Shown here one piece after another: positions 1-10,456 of a stretch of 64,000 nt of DNA. How positions within the stretch are numbered: position 1 is the first letter of the stretch; the number at the start of each line of letters is the position of its first letter. Origin of the DNA: a virus; IMG/VR virus record IMGVR_UViG_3300028133_000002, positions 6,836-70,835 of that record; one strand, written 5' to 3'. The position numbers and the translations under genes were made by a program. The notes under the pieces were generated by a model. That model was not told where the DNA came from, searched no databases, and saw nothing but the letters and a program-made list of their open reading frames with translations.

Positions 1-303
1 AACACTGACGACGCTGTGATGAGTCATATGGCTACTGGTACAGATAACACAACTCCAGCGCTTGCTGACACTACCCTTGGTACTGAAAATGGTAGAGTTG
101 CTTTAGATTCTACTTCGGTAGCTGCTAACGTTGTAACATATCAGGCGACCTTTGCTCCTGGCACTTCAACTGGCGCGCTTGTAGAAGCTGCTGTTTTAAA
201 TGCTTCTTCTGCTGGTACAATGTTATGTCGTACAACCTTTGATGTTGTAAATAAAGCTGCTGCAGATACAATGGTTATCACTTGGGCAATTACAATCTCA
301 TAA
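1..303 (+). CDS. Virion/tail structural protein, 5'-truncated by the window edge
   Basis: Frame is open from base 1 (NTDDAVMSHMATG...). Pattern GALVEAAVLN..GTMLCRTTF.VVNK...D...ITW.I.IS resembles tail-collar/baseplate-associated proteins. Confidence 0.55.
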   Translation, partial: NTDDAVMSHMATGTDNTTPALADTTLGTENGRVALDSTSVAANVVTYQATFAPGTSTGALVEAAVLNASSAGTMLCRTTFDVVNKAAADTMVITWAITIS

Positions 304-323
304 TAAAATAAAGAGAAGTATTA

Positions 324-2291
324 ATGACTGCTGTAATCACTTCATCATTTCACACCAATGTTGCTAATTCTGTTTATGAAGAAATTCAAAGTAGAAGCGC
401 AATTTATCACTATTTTGTCGGGCAAGTGCTGGCGTGGAGTGATGAAAATGATCCCCCTGTTCCTAATGGCTCTTACGTGTATGAAAACAGCGTAAGAAAT
501 AGTATTGTACAAACTAAGCAAATTCAAATTAATGATGTAATACATGTTCTTCCAAGAATAAATTGGGAAGCGCAAACTGTTTATGATATGTACGATGATA
601 CTTATACTTTAGATAATACGTCAGCCACTGGAGCAACGTCATTAGCTGAAGCAGTATTTTATGTTCTTACTGAAGACTTTAATATCTATAAATGTATTTT
701 TAATAACAACGGTGGAGCTTCTACTGTACAACCAACTGGAACTAGTGCCAATTACATAGAAACCGGTGATGGATATGTTTGGAAATTTATTGCCTTTATT
801 CCTTTAGGTTTAAGAAATAAATTCCTAACTACTGCGTTTATGCCTATTACAAGGTCTATTAAAAATAGGTATTACTCAGAAGGAACAATTACTTCTTATA
901 ATATTTTAGATGGCGGTCAAGACTATGATCCAAATGAAACATATGCTGTTATTAGTGGGGATGGCTCTGGCCCATATGCAAAAAGACTATCATCTATAGT
1001 AACTTATGACGTTCAATATAAAGACGGAACTAACGAGAATGGTTTTGGAAAAAAATTCTATATAGACAATACCGTAGCTCCAGAATTATATTTAGTTGAA
1101 GAAAACACTTATAGATTTGACCAATCACATTCAAATAATTCTGGTATAACTATTAAGTTTTCAACAACAGACGATGGAACTTGGCATAGTGGTACCGAAT
1201 ATACAACGGGTGTAACTTATGTTGGAACACCTGGTACTTCTGGTGCATACACACAAATTGTAGTTCCTGAGAGTGCTCCAGATTTATACTATTATAGCGA
1301 AAACGATGAATACGCTGGAAATCAAGTTTACACGTTACAGAACGCTGGAGTAGAAGGTCAAGCAAATATTCAACTTGTAATCGAAAACGGTGTTATCACG
1401 GGCTTACAAATTTTAGATGGTGGATACGGTTATACTTCTGCAAATTTAAGTATTGCTAAAGATATTGGTGATCCTGGAACTGGAGGATCAATTACTTTAA
1501 ATCTTTCAGAAGGTGACTTGGCAACACAACAATCGAACGTTGAGCTTCTTGCTGTTGACGGAGAAATAAGTTATGTCGTAATTGAAAATGGTGGCACTGG
1601 ATATACTAGTGCCAATATTGTTATCACAGGCGATGGTACTGGGGCGGATTTTGATGCTGTATTAGATGCAAATGGAACAATTACTGGTGTAACTATCAAC
1701 AGTAAAGGATCTGGATATAGTTTTGCTAATATAGTTATTACTGGGGATGGCAACGACGCGTCCGCCAGAGCAATTATGGCCCCAACTGGAGGTCATGGGT
1801 CGAATGCTCCAGCAGAATTAATATCAGACACTCTTTGCTTTTATACTTCTTTTGAAAATGAAGCTATTCAAGGTCTTCAAGTTGATAACGAATATCGACA
1901 AATTGGAATTATTAAAGACGTTATGGATTTTGGATCTATACATACAAAGTTTAATAACGAATTAGGTTCTGCGTGTTATGCAATCACTGGTACTTTTAGT
2001 GGAAGTGATTTTCCAGAAGATGCCGATATTATAACCTTTGATGATACAAAAACATTAAAGATTGTATCATCAAACGATAATTCAATGCTAGTTCAATCTT
2101 TAGATGGATCAGTTCCCGTAGATGCTGAAACATATTACAATACCGAAAAAACAATTTCTTTCACTGTTACAAATTTAATAGATCCAACTATTAATAAATT
2201 TTCTGGAAATATGTTGTACGTTGACAATAAGCAAGCATTTACACCATCTGGCGAACAGTTTGTGGTCTTCAGAACATTCATTAAATTCTAA
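324..2291 (+). CDS. gp8: Baseplate wedge subunit (T4 gp8-like) with inserted domains
   Basis: PRINW...YDMYDD, FYVLTEDFNIYKCIFNN, DGYVWKF, GGHGSN, YRQIGIIKD and SGNMLYVDN motifs typical of gp8 in marine T4-like phages. Confidence 0.8.
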   Translation: MTAVITSSFHTNVANSVYEEIQSRSAIYHYFVGQVLAWSDENDPPVPNGSYVYENSVRNSIVQTKQIQINDVIHVLPRINWEAQTVYDMYDDTYTLDNTSATGATSLAEAVFYVLTEDFNIYKCIFNNNGGASTVQPTGTSANYIETGDGYVWKFIAFIPLGLRNKFLTTAFMPITRSIKNRYYSEGTITSYNILDGGQDYDPNETYAVISGDGSGPYAKRLSSIVTYDVQYKDGTNENGFGKKFYIDNTVAPELYLVEENTYRFDQSHSNNSGITIKFSTTDDGTWHSGTEYTTGVTYVGTPGTSGAYTQIVVPESAPDLYYYSENDEYAGNQVYTLQNAGVEGQANIQLVIENGVITGLQILDGGYGYTSANLSIAKDIGDPGTGGSITLNLSEGDLATQQSNVELLAVDGEISYVVIENGGTGYTSANIVITGDGTGADFDAVLDANGTITGVTINSKGSGYSFANIVITGDGNDASARAIMAPTGGHGSNAPAELISDTLCFYTSFENEAIQGLQVDNEYRQIGIIKDVMDFGSIHTKFNNELGSACYAITGTFSGSDFPEDADIITFDDTKTLKIVSSNDNSMLVQSLDGSVPVDAETYYNTEKTISFTVTNLIDPTINKFSGNMLYVDNKQAFTPSGEQFVVFRTFIKF

Positions 2292-2293
2292 CT

Positions 2294-2301
2294 TATAAAT
2301 A
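2294..2301 (+). promoter_or_regulatory. T4-type late promoter (TATAAATA)
   Basis: Exact gp55 consensus in the intergenic gap before the 2375-aa structural gene. Confidence 0.75.
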
Positions 2302-2338
2302 AATGTAACAGATTAATTCAAATTAGAGTGTAGCAACA

Positions 2339-5300
2339 ATGACAATAAATTTTAATACTGATCCTTACTACGATGATTATGATGAAACAAAAGATTTTTA
2401 TAGAATCTTATTTCGTCCTGGTGTCGCAGTGCAGGCCCGTGAGCTTACACAAATCCAAACAATTCTACAAAAACAGGTAAGTAGAGTTGGCGATCATCTT
2501 TTTAAAAATGGTAGTCAAATTATTCCAGGATCAGTTAATGTAGATAATGATGTACACTTTGCTAAATTAAATACTACTTTCAATTCTGTTGAAGTTACTA
2601 CTTATTTAAGTAGTTTCCAGAATATGATTATTACTGGATCTACATCTGGAGTTACTGCAGTTGTTTTAGATTCTTCAGAATGTAATTGCGTTATTGATGG
2701 TACTACTCCAACACTTTATTTTAAATACGAATCAACGGCAGCTGACGGAGAAACTAAAAGATTTATTCCAGGCGAAAATCTTGTTGCTACAGTTGCCGAT
2801 AATACTGTTGCTAATAACTATCGCTTAACTACTCCTTTAGCAGCAGAAATGTCTGTCACTATTTCTGCTCCAGTTGGAAATACTACTTACACTAATAATG
2901 CAAATACAGACGTCATTGGGCGTGGATACGTAGTTGAAGTTAAAGAAGGTATTTACTACATTGATGGGTTCTTTGTTAGAAATGAAGAGCTTCACCTATA
3001 TACCGGTAGATTTTCAAATACTCCAACTGCTCGGGTTGGTTTTAAAGTTGTAGAAGAAACTATTACTCCAGAAGCTGACACTACACTTCTTGATCCTGCA
3101 CAAGGTACATATAACTATACCGCACCAGGTGGTCATAGATATAAGATTTCTTTAGAGCTTACTGAGTTACCTGAAGAATCTAGCGGTACAGATAGCATTA
3201 AGTTTGTTGAACTTGTTCGCTTAAAAAATGGTCAAGTTCAAAGCAAAATTAACAGAACATCATATGCTGAGCTTGAAAAGGCTATGGCTAGACGTACGTA
3301 TGACGCAAATGGCCATTTTGAAGTTAATAAGTTTAAGCTTAACAAGCGTGAGCATTTGGATGATACCACAAACAATGGTGTTTACTTAGATGCCGACGGT
3401 GGAGATGATTCTAAGTTTGTATTAAGCATTGATCCAGGTCGGGCATATGTTTATGGATACGAGGTTGAAGCCATTGCAACTACATTTGTAGATTTTGATA
3501 AAGCTCGTGGAGACGATCATACAGTTGAATTACAGCAGCAACCAATTGGCACACCCGTTGGTAACTATTTGCTTGTTGATAAAGTTCAAGCATACGCTCC
3601 TGACTTTGAAGCTTTCGAAGAAATTGATCTTGTTCGCAAATATACTTCTGTTGACGAAACAAACCACTTTGCTCCAGGATCATTGAGCTCATTCGACGAA
3701 AAAGTTGGTACAGCACGAGTAAAATCCTTTGAGCTTCACTCAGGTTCTTATTCGTCAAATCCTATATTTAAGCTTGGTTTATTTGATATTAAAATGAAGC
3801 CTGGATACTCGTTTACAGATGATGTAAATGGATACCGCGAGGCTGGTCAAACTATTGGTAATATTTGTGGCGGTGGCAACATTGTTGTAGATCCAGATGT
3901 TGGATACGTAACTGGCACAGCGACAAACTCTGCTACTACAATTACTGGCGTTGGTACTCTTTTTGAACAAGAGTTTGCGGCCGGCGATGTTGTAGTAATT
4001 AATGGTGGAGTTGTTGGACAGGTTCATACTGTCGATTCAAATACTCAAATTACGGTTACTGGTACTACTGATGTTTCAACATCTTATAGTGGTCGTGTAC
4101 AAAAATTAAAAGCAATTTTACAAGATTCAGAATATCCTAATCTAATTTACCCTGTAGGCTATCAATATATTGATTCACTTTATAATACTGATGGCACCAG
4201 AGAAGGAACACTGACGGTACGTAGAATTCTTTCTGATACAACAGATGGCGCTGGAACTTGGTCATTTACACTTACGACTCAAGGAGAAACATATCTCTCT
4301 GATCAAGACCTTGAAAATTATACGCTATTTGATTCAAGTGGTAATGTTGTTAATATTGATTCAGGCGACATTTCTTTTGATTCTGATTCTAATAGAAAAA
4401 CAGTATTTATTTCTGGCTTAAGTAACAATGTCGCTTATACTCTTGCAACTACAATTCGTCAATCTGGCACAATTGGTGCTGAAAAAACTAAAACACTTCA
4501 AGAAGATTTTGTAGAAACAATCACTGGTAAGAAAACAGTTACAGCTCAAAGAATTACTCTTTCAAAAGGCGATGTGTTTGGAATTAAAGATATTCGAGTT
4601 ACACCTGGTAATTATTTAGCATATGATGCAAATAACTCTATTTCAATTCTAAATAGTTTTACTCTTGACGATGGTCAAAGGCCAACACACTACCAAGCAG
4701 CAGAATTAGTTTTAAAGGCTACAAAAAAGGTTCCATCTGGAGCACTTCAGGTAACTTATGATTACTTTACGCATTCGGCTAGTGGCAATTACTTTACCGT
4801 TGACTCATACACTCGCCCAGATAACCCAGCTGTTGGTATTGACTATGGTCTAATTGGTACCACTAATTTTGATAATGGCGAAACAGTCAACCTCGCTGAT
4901 GTTATTGATTTCCGACCAATTATTTCTGGCGATAATACAACGTCACCGGAATTACCGGCTGTTGGTTCGGATTTAACAACTGATCTTGCTTATTATATGG
5001 CTCGAATTGACAAACTTCTATTAACATCAAAGGGTGAGTGGAAAGTTATTAAAGGGGTTCCATCAATTGATCCTCAAGAGCCGGCTGATTCTGATGACGG
5101 AATGATTGTTGCTACAATCTTTATTCCTCCATATACAAAGCAAGTTGGAGATGTAAAATTACGTCAACGCGATAACAGAAGATATACCTTTAAAGATTTA
5201 GGCAATATGGATCGTCGTATGGCTTCTATGGAAGAATACGTTGCTCTTGACCAACTTGAAAAACTTACAGCTGATCTTCAAATCACTGACGCTACTACTG

Positions 5301-8300
5301 GTATTGATAGATTTAAGAATGGATTTATTACTGATCAGTTTACTGGTCACTCACTTGGCGACGTCAAACGGGATGATTACAGATTTGCTGTAGACGCTAC
5401 AAATAAACTTGGCCGACCTATGCATTTCACATCTTCATTAGATATTATTGAAGATGTTTCTGATCAAGCCGAAAGAGCTGCTACTAGTTATCAAAAAACA
5501 GGTGACGTAATTACGCTACCTTATACTGAAGAGTCACTAATTTTTAATCCGTATGGCTCTAGAACTATTGATGTTAACCCATATAAAATTGGCGCTTTCA
5601 AAGGAGAAATAACATTAAATCCAGAAGGCGATAATTGGAAAGAAACTGATCGCCGTCCTGATCTTACAGTTACTGATGATAATGGTTATGATGCAATCAA
5701 ATTTATTGCAGATGAAATTGGTATTACTGGTACTCAATGGAACGAATGGGAAACTAACTGGACTGGATCTTCTACTTCAACTAGAACTTGGCAAACAGGT
5801 GACCCAAATAGAAGACGCCAAACTGTTACAGGTTATGAAGAAACAGTAACAACTATTACTGGTTTAGATTCAAGAACTGGTGTTCAAACAAATATTTCTT
5901 CTACTGTAAATTCTCAAAACTATGGCGATAGAGTTGTAGATCTTTCTTATATTCCATATATGAGATCTCGTCCTGTTGTATTTACAGCTAAAAACTTGAA
6001 GCCAGATACTAAATTCTTTCCTTTCTTTGATGACAAATCTGTGACGTCTTATGTGACACCGGCTCAAGTATTTAAAGTATCTTTATCTTCGGCTGCTTCT
6101 TATATCGACTTTGATCCTGTAAATCTACAACAAGGTGTTATTACTGATCAATTTGAAAGAACCGAAAATGGTAAAGTAGAAGCTGCATATGCAGTAGGTG
6201 ATGTAGTTAAAAACTCTACGCATACCGCTACAAATATTGATAGTATTACTAATTTAATATCTGCTGGATCTTCGTTTAATATTGATGTTGCTAATGCGAC
6301 TGGGATTGCTCCAGGTCATCATGTTATGTTTTATAACTTAGGCGCTAATAGAGCAATTGATGCTTCTCCCTCAAATAATAATATCGCAATCCCAGAATCT
6401 ACAATTACAGATTATAGCAGAAGCACTTCTTCTGAATTAAACTTGAAGAAATTTAAAGTAACAGGAGTTTCTGGCACAACAATTACTCTTGAAAACATTG
6501 ATGGATCTAATATTGCAGCGTTCTCTGCATATGACTTAACTGCTTATACTGGTGATGCTGGTAAGTTATTAAGACTTACTGCTTCGGGTGTAGTTGCATT
6601 CCAAGGTGTTCTTGACGATGAAACTGCTCCAACTACTACAAACCGCTTTATCCATGTTGTTAATGTTAAAAATGGATTTGCTGTAGGTGAAACTATTACT
6701 GGCGTAATTACAACAGCTGGTGGTCAAATTAACTCTGTAGATATTGAAGAAATTAATGGCTCAACAAGCCTTACTTCAGCTCCAACAGTATATTCATCAG
6801 CCGATGATTTAAGAACAGATACTTGGGGCTCTGCAATTGGCGTATTTAATATTCCAAATACAGATGCTCTTGCATTCCGTACAGGTGAACGTAGATTCAA
6901 GCTTATTGATAATCGTACTAATAACGATGCTGACTTTGACTCAAAAGGTTCAGCGGTTTATTATTCAACTGGTATCTCATTATCAAAAGAAGCAACGGTT
7001 GTTAACTCAAGAGATGTAAGATTTGTTGAAGATAGATTATATGAAGAACTTCCAGTTCGACGTACATCGACATCTCAACGAGTTCTATATAGCTATTATA
7101 CTGGACATGACCCAGTGGCGCAAACGTTTACTGTTAATTCAGATGGCGGAGCTTCAGTAACTTCTGTAGATATTTTCTTTTCAGAAGCAGGTAATAGACC
7201 AATTACAGTTGAGTTGCGCACAACAAACCAAGGTGTTCCATCAACTAAAATTATTCCATTTTCAGCTATAACTAAGACTCCTCAAGAAGTTAGTGTTTCG
7301 GCTGATGGCTCAGTTGCGACAACATTTACGTTTGATTCTCCAGTCTACTTGATGGAAGGTGAAACCTATGCATTGATTGTTAAAACTGATGAACCAGGTT
7401 GTAGATTCTTTATCTCTGAAGTTGGCCAAACCGACGTTGTCACAGGTAACGTAATTACATCTCAACCTTTAACTGGTTCATTATATCTATCACAAAATAG
7501 CTTGGAATTTGAAATTAATCCGCTTTATGATATGAAGTTTAATCTTCGTAAAGCTTTATATTCTACAAATGATATAAATGTTGATTTAAAAGTTGCTACA
7601 CCTGAATCAATTACACTTCAGTCTAACCCATTTACAATTGCGACGGGAACTAATAAAGTTCGTGTAGCAGCAAGGAATCATGGGTTTAGAGCAAATGATG
7701 TTGTTGTAATTTCAAATGTAGCAGAAGCTGTCTACGGGGCTGATGGAACAAATGGTATTCCAGTAGATCTATTAAATGGTCAACATACAGTCGCATCAAC
7801 TGGACTAGATAAAGATTCATTCATTATTGAAGTTGAAACCGAGGATAGTAACAGCGAATCATTAATCACCGGAACATTAGATGATCTAGTTCGCGGTGAA
7901 TACGGTGGTGAAGGTATCTTATGCACTCGCCAATTAAATATGGATATGATGTATCTTAAATCTGGTGCTGTATCTGTAAAAGGAGCAAACATCGACTGGT
8001 ATGTTAATCATGAATCGTTTGGAAATAATGTTTATAGGCCAATTGTTGGTGATTCAAACTATATGTTTGACGAAAGACAAACTATTAAGTCTTATGAAAA
8101 CCAAACAATTATTCAAGCATCCCCACTTGTTAAAAGAAGTTCAGTATTAGTTAGAGCAACTTTATCTACAGACAATGTCAATGTATCACCACAACTTGAT
8201 TTACAAAAGGGTGCTGCTTACATTGTTTCTAACTTAATTAATGATAGTTCTGAAAACTTAGTAAATGTTCCAGAATTAGATGCAACAGATCTTTATACTC

Positions 8301-9466
8301 CTGCTCTCGAAAGTGTAACAGAAACTGATACAAAGGGTTCTGGAATTGGCACTGCAACAGTGACTTCTGGAAATACAGCAGTAACAATTTCTGCATCGGG
8401 TGATGATATTACTTGGATGGCTGAAGCTGGTGATTATTTACTTAATTCTTCTGGAACCTTTGTGGGAGAAATTCATGATGTAAATAGTGCTTCATCAATT
8501 ACTCTAAGATCTGGAGCTGCTGTACCTATGTCGGCAGAAGCATTCCAAATTCAAAACAATAATCATGTTAAGTTTTATGATCTTGGTACAAAAGGTATTA
8601 TTGAAACAAGCTTTGATACTGCCGATAACTTACTTGCAAACGCTTCTATTGGTAAATATATTACAGTTAACTCAATCTCTGATATTGTAAATGGCACTCA
8701 CCAAATTGAAGATATTGTAATTGAGGCAGCAGATCCGGATCGTCCTGGAAATACTGATGGCGATAGAATTACTATTACACTAGCTGCTCCATTTAATATT
8801 GATGGTGTGATGAGACTTAATATTGTTGCTGATACTTTTGATTTTTATGGGTCTGGAAGTATTACAACAAACGGTTCGACAACTGTGATAGGCTCTGGTG
8901 GTACCAACTTTGTAGAAGAAGTAAATATTGGTGATAAACTAATTAGTTTAGATGGAACTACATTGGGCGAGGTTGCTTCTATTACTTCTGTTACTGAGCT
9001 TGAACTGACTAGCTCTTCAGCTGCTACTATTAGTGGTGAAGATTATACAGTTCGTAAAGAACTTGGACCATCACCAACTTATTCGATCCAACAATTAGAT
9101 AAGTTTGTTGAAGACTATGCTCCTGCTGGATCATATAACTATGCAAACTATATTACTCGTCCATTATACTTAAATGAACCTGCTGACTCTATTAAAATGA
9201 TATTTGATGCTGAAGTATTACCTTCAACAGATATTGATGTATATTACAGAACAGCAGTTGGCACAGAAGATATTCACTCTAAGATTTTTACCAATACGAA
9301 CTTTATAAATAATACTATAAACCCAGAAGGTGAATTTACTCAAAGAGAAATTGACATTAGTGATATTGACCCTTATACAAGAGTTGTTATTAAGATTGTA
9401 ATGAAATCGTCTAATCCAGTAAATGTGCCAAAAATTAAAAACTTAAGGCTTATTGCATACTCATAA
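2339..9466 (+). CDS. Large virion structural protein (DUF4815/VrlC-like)
   Basis: N-terminal PYYDDY...FYRILFRPG.AVQARELTQIQTILQ.Q, internal DRFKNGFITDQF and DPVAQTF, C-terminal PKIKNLRLIA. Located in the baseplate region. Confidence 0.75.
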   Translation: MTINFNTDPYYDDYDETKDFYRILFRPGVAVQARELTQIQTILQKQVSRVGDHLFKNGSQIIPGSVNVDNDVHFAKLNTTFNSVEVTTYLSSFQNMIITGSTSGVTAVVLDSSECNCVIDGTTPTLYFKYESTAADGETKRFIPGENLVATVADNTVANNYRLTTPLAAEMSVTISAPVGNTTYTNNANTDVIGRGYVVEVKEGIYYIDGFFVRNEELHLYTGRFSNTPTARVGFKVVEETITPEADTTLLDPAQGTYNYTAPGGHRYKISLELTELPEESSGTDSIKFVELVRLKNGQVQSKINRTSYAELEKAMARRTYDANGHFEVNKFKLNKREHLDDTTNNGVYLDADGGDDSKFVLSIDPGRAYVYGYEVEAIATTFVDFDKARGDDHTVELQQQPIGTPVGNYLLVDKVQAYAPDFEAFEEIDLVRKYTSVDETNHFAPGSLSSFDEKVGTARVKSFELHSGSYSSNPIFKLGLFDIKMKPGYSFTDDVNGYREAGQTIGNICGGGNIVVDPDVGYVTGTATNSATTITGVGTLFEQEFAAGDVVVINGGVVGQVHTVDSNTQITVTGTTDVSTSYSGRVQKLKAILQDSEYPNLIYPVGYQYIDSLYNTDGTREGTLTVRRILSDTTDGAGTWSFTLTTQGETYLSDQDLENYTLFDSSGNVVNIDSGDISFDSDSNRKTVFISGLSNNVAYTLATTIRQSGTIGAEKTKTLQEDFVETITGKKTVTAQRITLSKGDVFGIKDIRVTPGNYLAYDANNSISILNSFTLDDGQRPTHYQAAELVLKATKKVPSGALQVTYDYFTHSASGNYFTVDSYTRPDNPAVGIDYGLIGTTNFDNGETVNLADVIDFRPIISGDNTTSPELPAVGSDLTTDLAYYMARIDKLLLTSKGEWKVIKGVPSIDPQEPADSDDGMIVATIFIPPYTKQVGDVKLRQRDNRRYTFKDLGNMDRRMASMEEYVALDQLEKLTADLQITDATTGIDRFKNGFITDQFTGHSLGDVKRDDYRFAVDATNKLGRPMHFTSSLDIIEDVSDQAERAATSYQKTGDVITLPYTEESLIFNPYGSRTIDVNPYKIGAFKGEITLNPEGDNWKETDRRPDLTVTDDNGYDAIKFIADEIGITGTQWNEWETNWTGSSTSTRTWQTGDPNRRRQTVTGYEETVTTITGLDSRTGVQTNISSTVNSQNYGDRVVDLSYIPYMRSRPVVFTAKNLKPDTKFFPFFDDKSVTSYVTPAQVFKVSLSSAASYIDFDPVNLQQGVITDQFERTENGKVEAAYAVGDVVKNSTHTATNIDSITNLISAGSSFNIDVANATGIAPGHHVMFYNLGANRAIDASPSNNNIAIPESTITDYSRSTSSELNLKKFKVTGVSGTTITLENIDGSNIAAFSAYDLTAYTGDAGKLLRLTASGVVAFQGVLDDETAPTTTNRFIHVVNVKNGFAVGETITGVITTAGGQINSVDIEEINGSTSLTSAPTVYSSADDLRTDTWGSAIGVFNIPNTDALAFRTGERRFKLIDNRTNNDADFDSKGSAVYYSTGISLSKEATVVNSRDVRFVEDRLYEELPVRRTSTSQRVLYSYYTGHDPVAQTFTVNSDGGASVTSVDIFFSEAGNRPITVELRTTNQGVPSTKIIPFSAITKTPQEVSVSADGSVATTFTFDSPVYLMEGETYALIVKTDEPGCRFFISEVGQTDVVTGNVITSQPLTGSLYLSQNSLEFEINPLYDMKFNLRKALYSTNDINVDLKVATPESITLQSNPFTIATGTNKVRVAARNHGFRANDVVVISNVAEAVYGADGTNGIPVDLLNGQHTVASTGLDKDSFIIEVETEDSNSESLITGTLDDLVRGEYGGEGILCTRQLNMDMMYLKSGAVSVKGANIDWYVNHESFGNNVYRPIVGDSNYMFDERQTIKSYENQTIIQASPLVKRSSVLVRATLSTDNVNVSPQLDLQKGAAYIVSNLINDSSENLVNVPELDATDLYTPALESVTETDTKGSGIGTATVTSGNTAVTISASGDDITWMAEAGDYLLNSSGTFVGEIHDVNSASSITLRSGAAVPMSAEAFQIQNNNHVKFYDLGTKGIIETSFDTADNLLANASIGKYITVNSISDIVNGTHQIEDIVIEAADPDRPGNTDGDRITITLAAPFNIDGVMRLNIVADTFDFYGSGSITTNGSTTVIGSGGTNFVEEVNIGDKLISLDGTTLGEVASITSVTELELTSSSAATISGEDYTVRKELGPSPTYSIQQLDKFVEDYAPAGSYNYANYITRPLYLNEPADSIKMIFDAEVLPSTDIDVYYRTAVGTEDIHSKIFTNTNFINNTINPEGEFTQREIDISDIDPYTRVVIKIVMKSSNPVNVPKIKNLRLIAYS

Positions 9467-9714
9467 TGACTCGATTATCTGTACAAGGTTATTCTAATTT
9501 AGTAAAAGATCCCACTTCTGGTGGGATCGTAAATAATGACCCAAAAGCTTTTGCTGAGTATAAGAAAAAAAGAGAAATAGCTTTACAAAATATTAATGAA
9601 AAAAATGCTCTTGAAAACCGAGTAATAGACGTTGAAAAAGATATAAATAAAGTTAAATCGGACGTCAATGATATTAAAAATATGCTACAGAGCATTATTG
9701 ACAAATTAATTTAG
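9466..9714 (+). CDS. Small coiled-coil hypothetical protein conserved after the DUF4815 gene
   Basis: V.GYSNLVKDPTSGGIVN.D motif plus C-terminal heptads. Start overlaps the upstream stop. Confidence 0.6.
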   Translation: MTRLSVQGYSNLVKDPTSGGIVNNDPKAFAEYKKKREIALQNINEKNALENRVIDVEKDINKVKSDVNDIKNMLQSIIDKLI

Positions 9715-9724
9715 GAAAATACTG

Positions 9725-10435
9725 ATGGCTGCAACATTAACATTAAGATCTGTAAAAGGAATACCTCTTACTAATACTGAGGTAGATGATAATTTTACTA
9801 ACTTAAATACCGAAATTTCTACTTTAGAAACAGATGTAGGTACATTACAAACAGATGTAAGTACTGCTGAAAGCAATATTACTACTTTACAGGGCGAAGT
9901 TGCTGCCTTAGAAACAGCAACAGGAGATAATCTAGCAGAAACAGTTTCTGATATTATTGGCACTATGGTAACAGGTAATAGTGAATCTGGTATTAATGTT
10001 ACGTATCAAGATCTTGATAATACTTTAGATTTTGACGTTGGTGATTTTACTTTAACAATTAATGGTGATGCAGCGGGATCTGCTACTATTACGAATTTAG
10101 CAAGTCAGACTTTGACTTTAGATATTTCTTCTATTACTGGCAACTTATCGGTAAGTGGTGATGTTGAAGCAGCCAACTTTAACACTACATCTGATATTGC
10201 CCTTAAAGAAAATTTAAATATTATTGATTCACCATTATCAAAAATTGAACAATTAAATGGTTATACATTTAATTGGAAAGAAAATAAAAAAGATGCAATT
10301 GGGATTGTTGCTCAAGAAGTTGAGAAAGTATTCCCAGAATTAGTTGTTGCTGGTAAAGACGGAGTTAAACGTGTTAACTACGATTCTCTTATTCCAGTAA
10401 TGTTAGAAGCAATTAAAGAATTAGCGAAACGCTAA
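9725..10435 (+). CDS. Short tail-fibre protein with C-terminal intramolecular chaperone (peptidase S74)
   Basis: LTLRSVKGIPLT..EVDDNF N-terminus and a coiled coil, then FNTT-SD..LKEN...GYTFNWK...GIVAQEVEKVFPELV...VNY S74 signature. Confidence 0.8.
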   Translation: MAATLTLRSVKGIPLTNTEVDDNFTNLNTEISTLETDVGTLQTDVSTAESNITTLQGEVAALETATGDNLAETVSDIIGTMVTGNSESGINVTYQDLDNTLDFDVGDFTLTINGDAAGSATITNLASQTLTLDISSITGNLSVSGDVEAANFNTTSDIALKENLNIIDSPLSKIEQLNGYTFNWKENKKDAIGIVAQEVEKVFPELVVAGKDGVKRVNYDSLIPVMLEAIKELAKR

Positions 10436-10456
10436 TAGTTCATAAGGAGAACGAAG

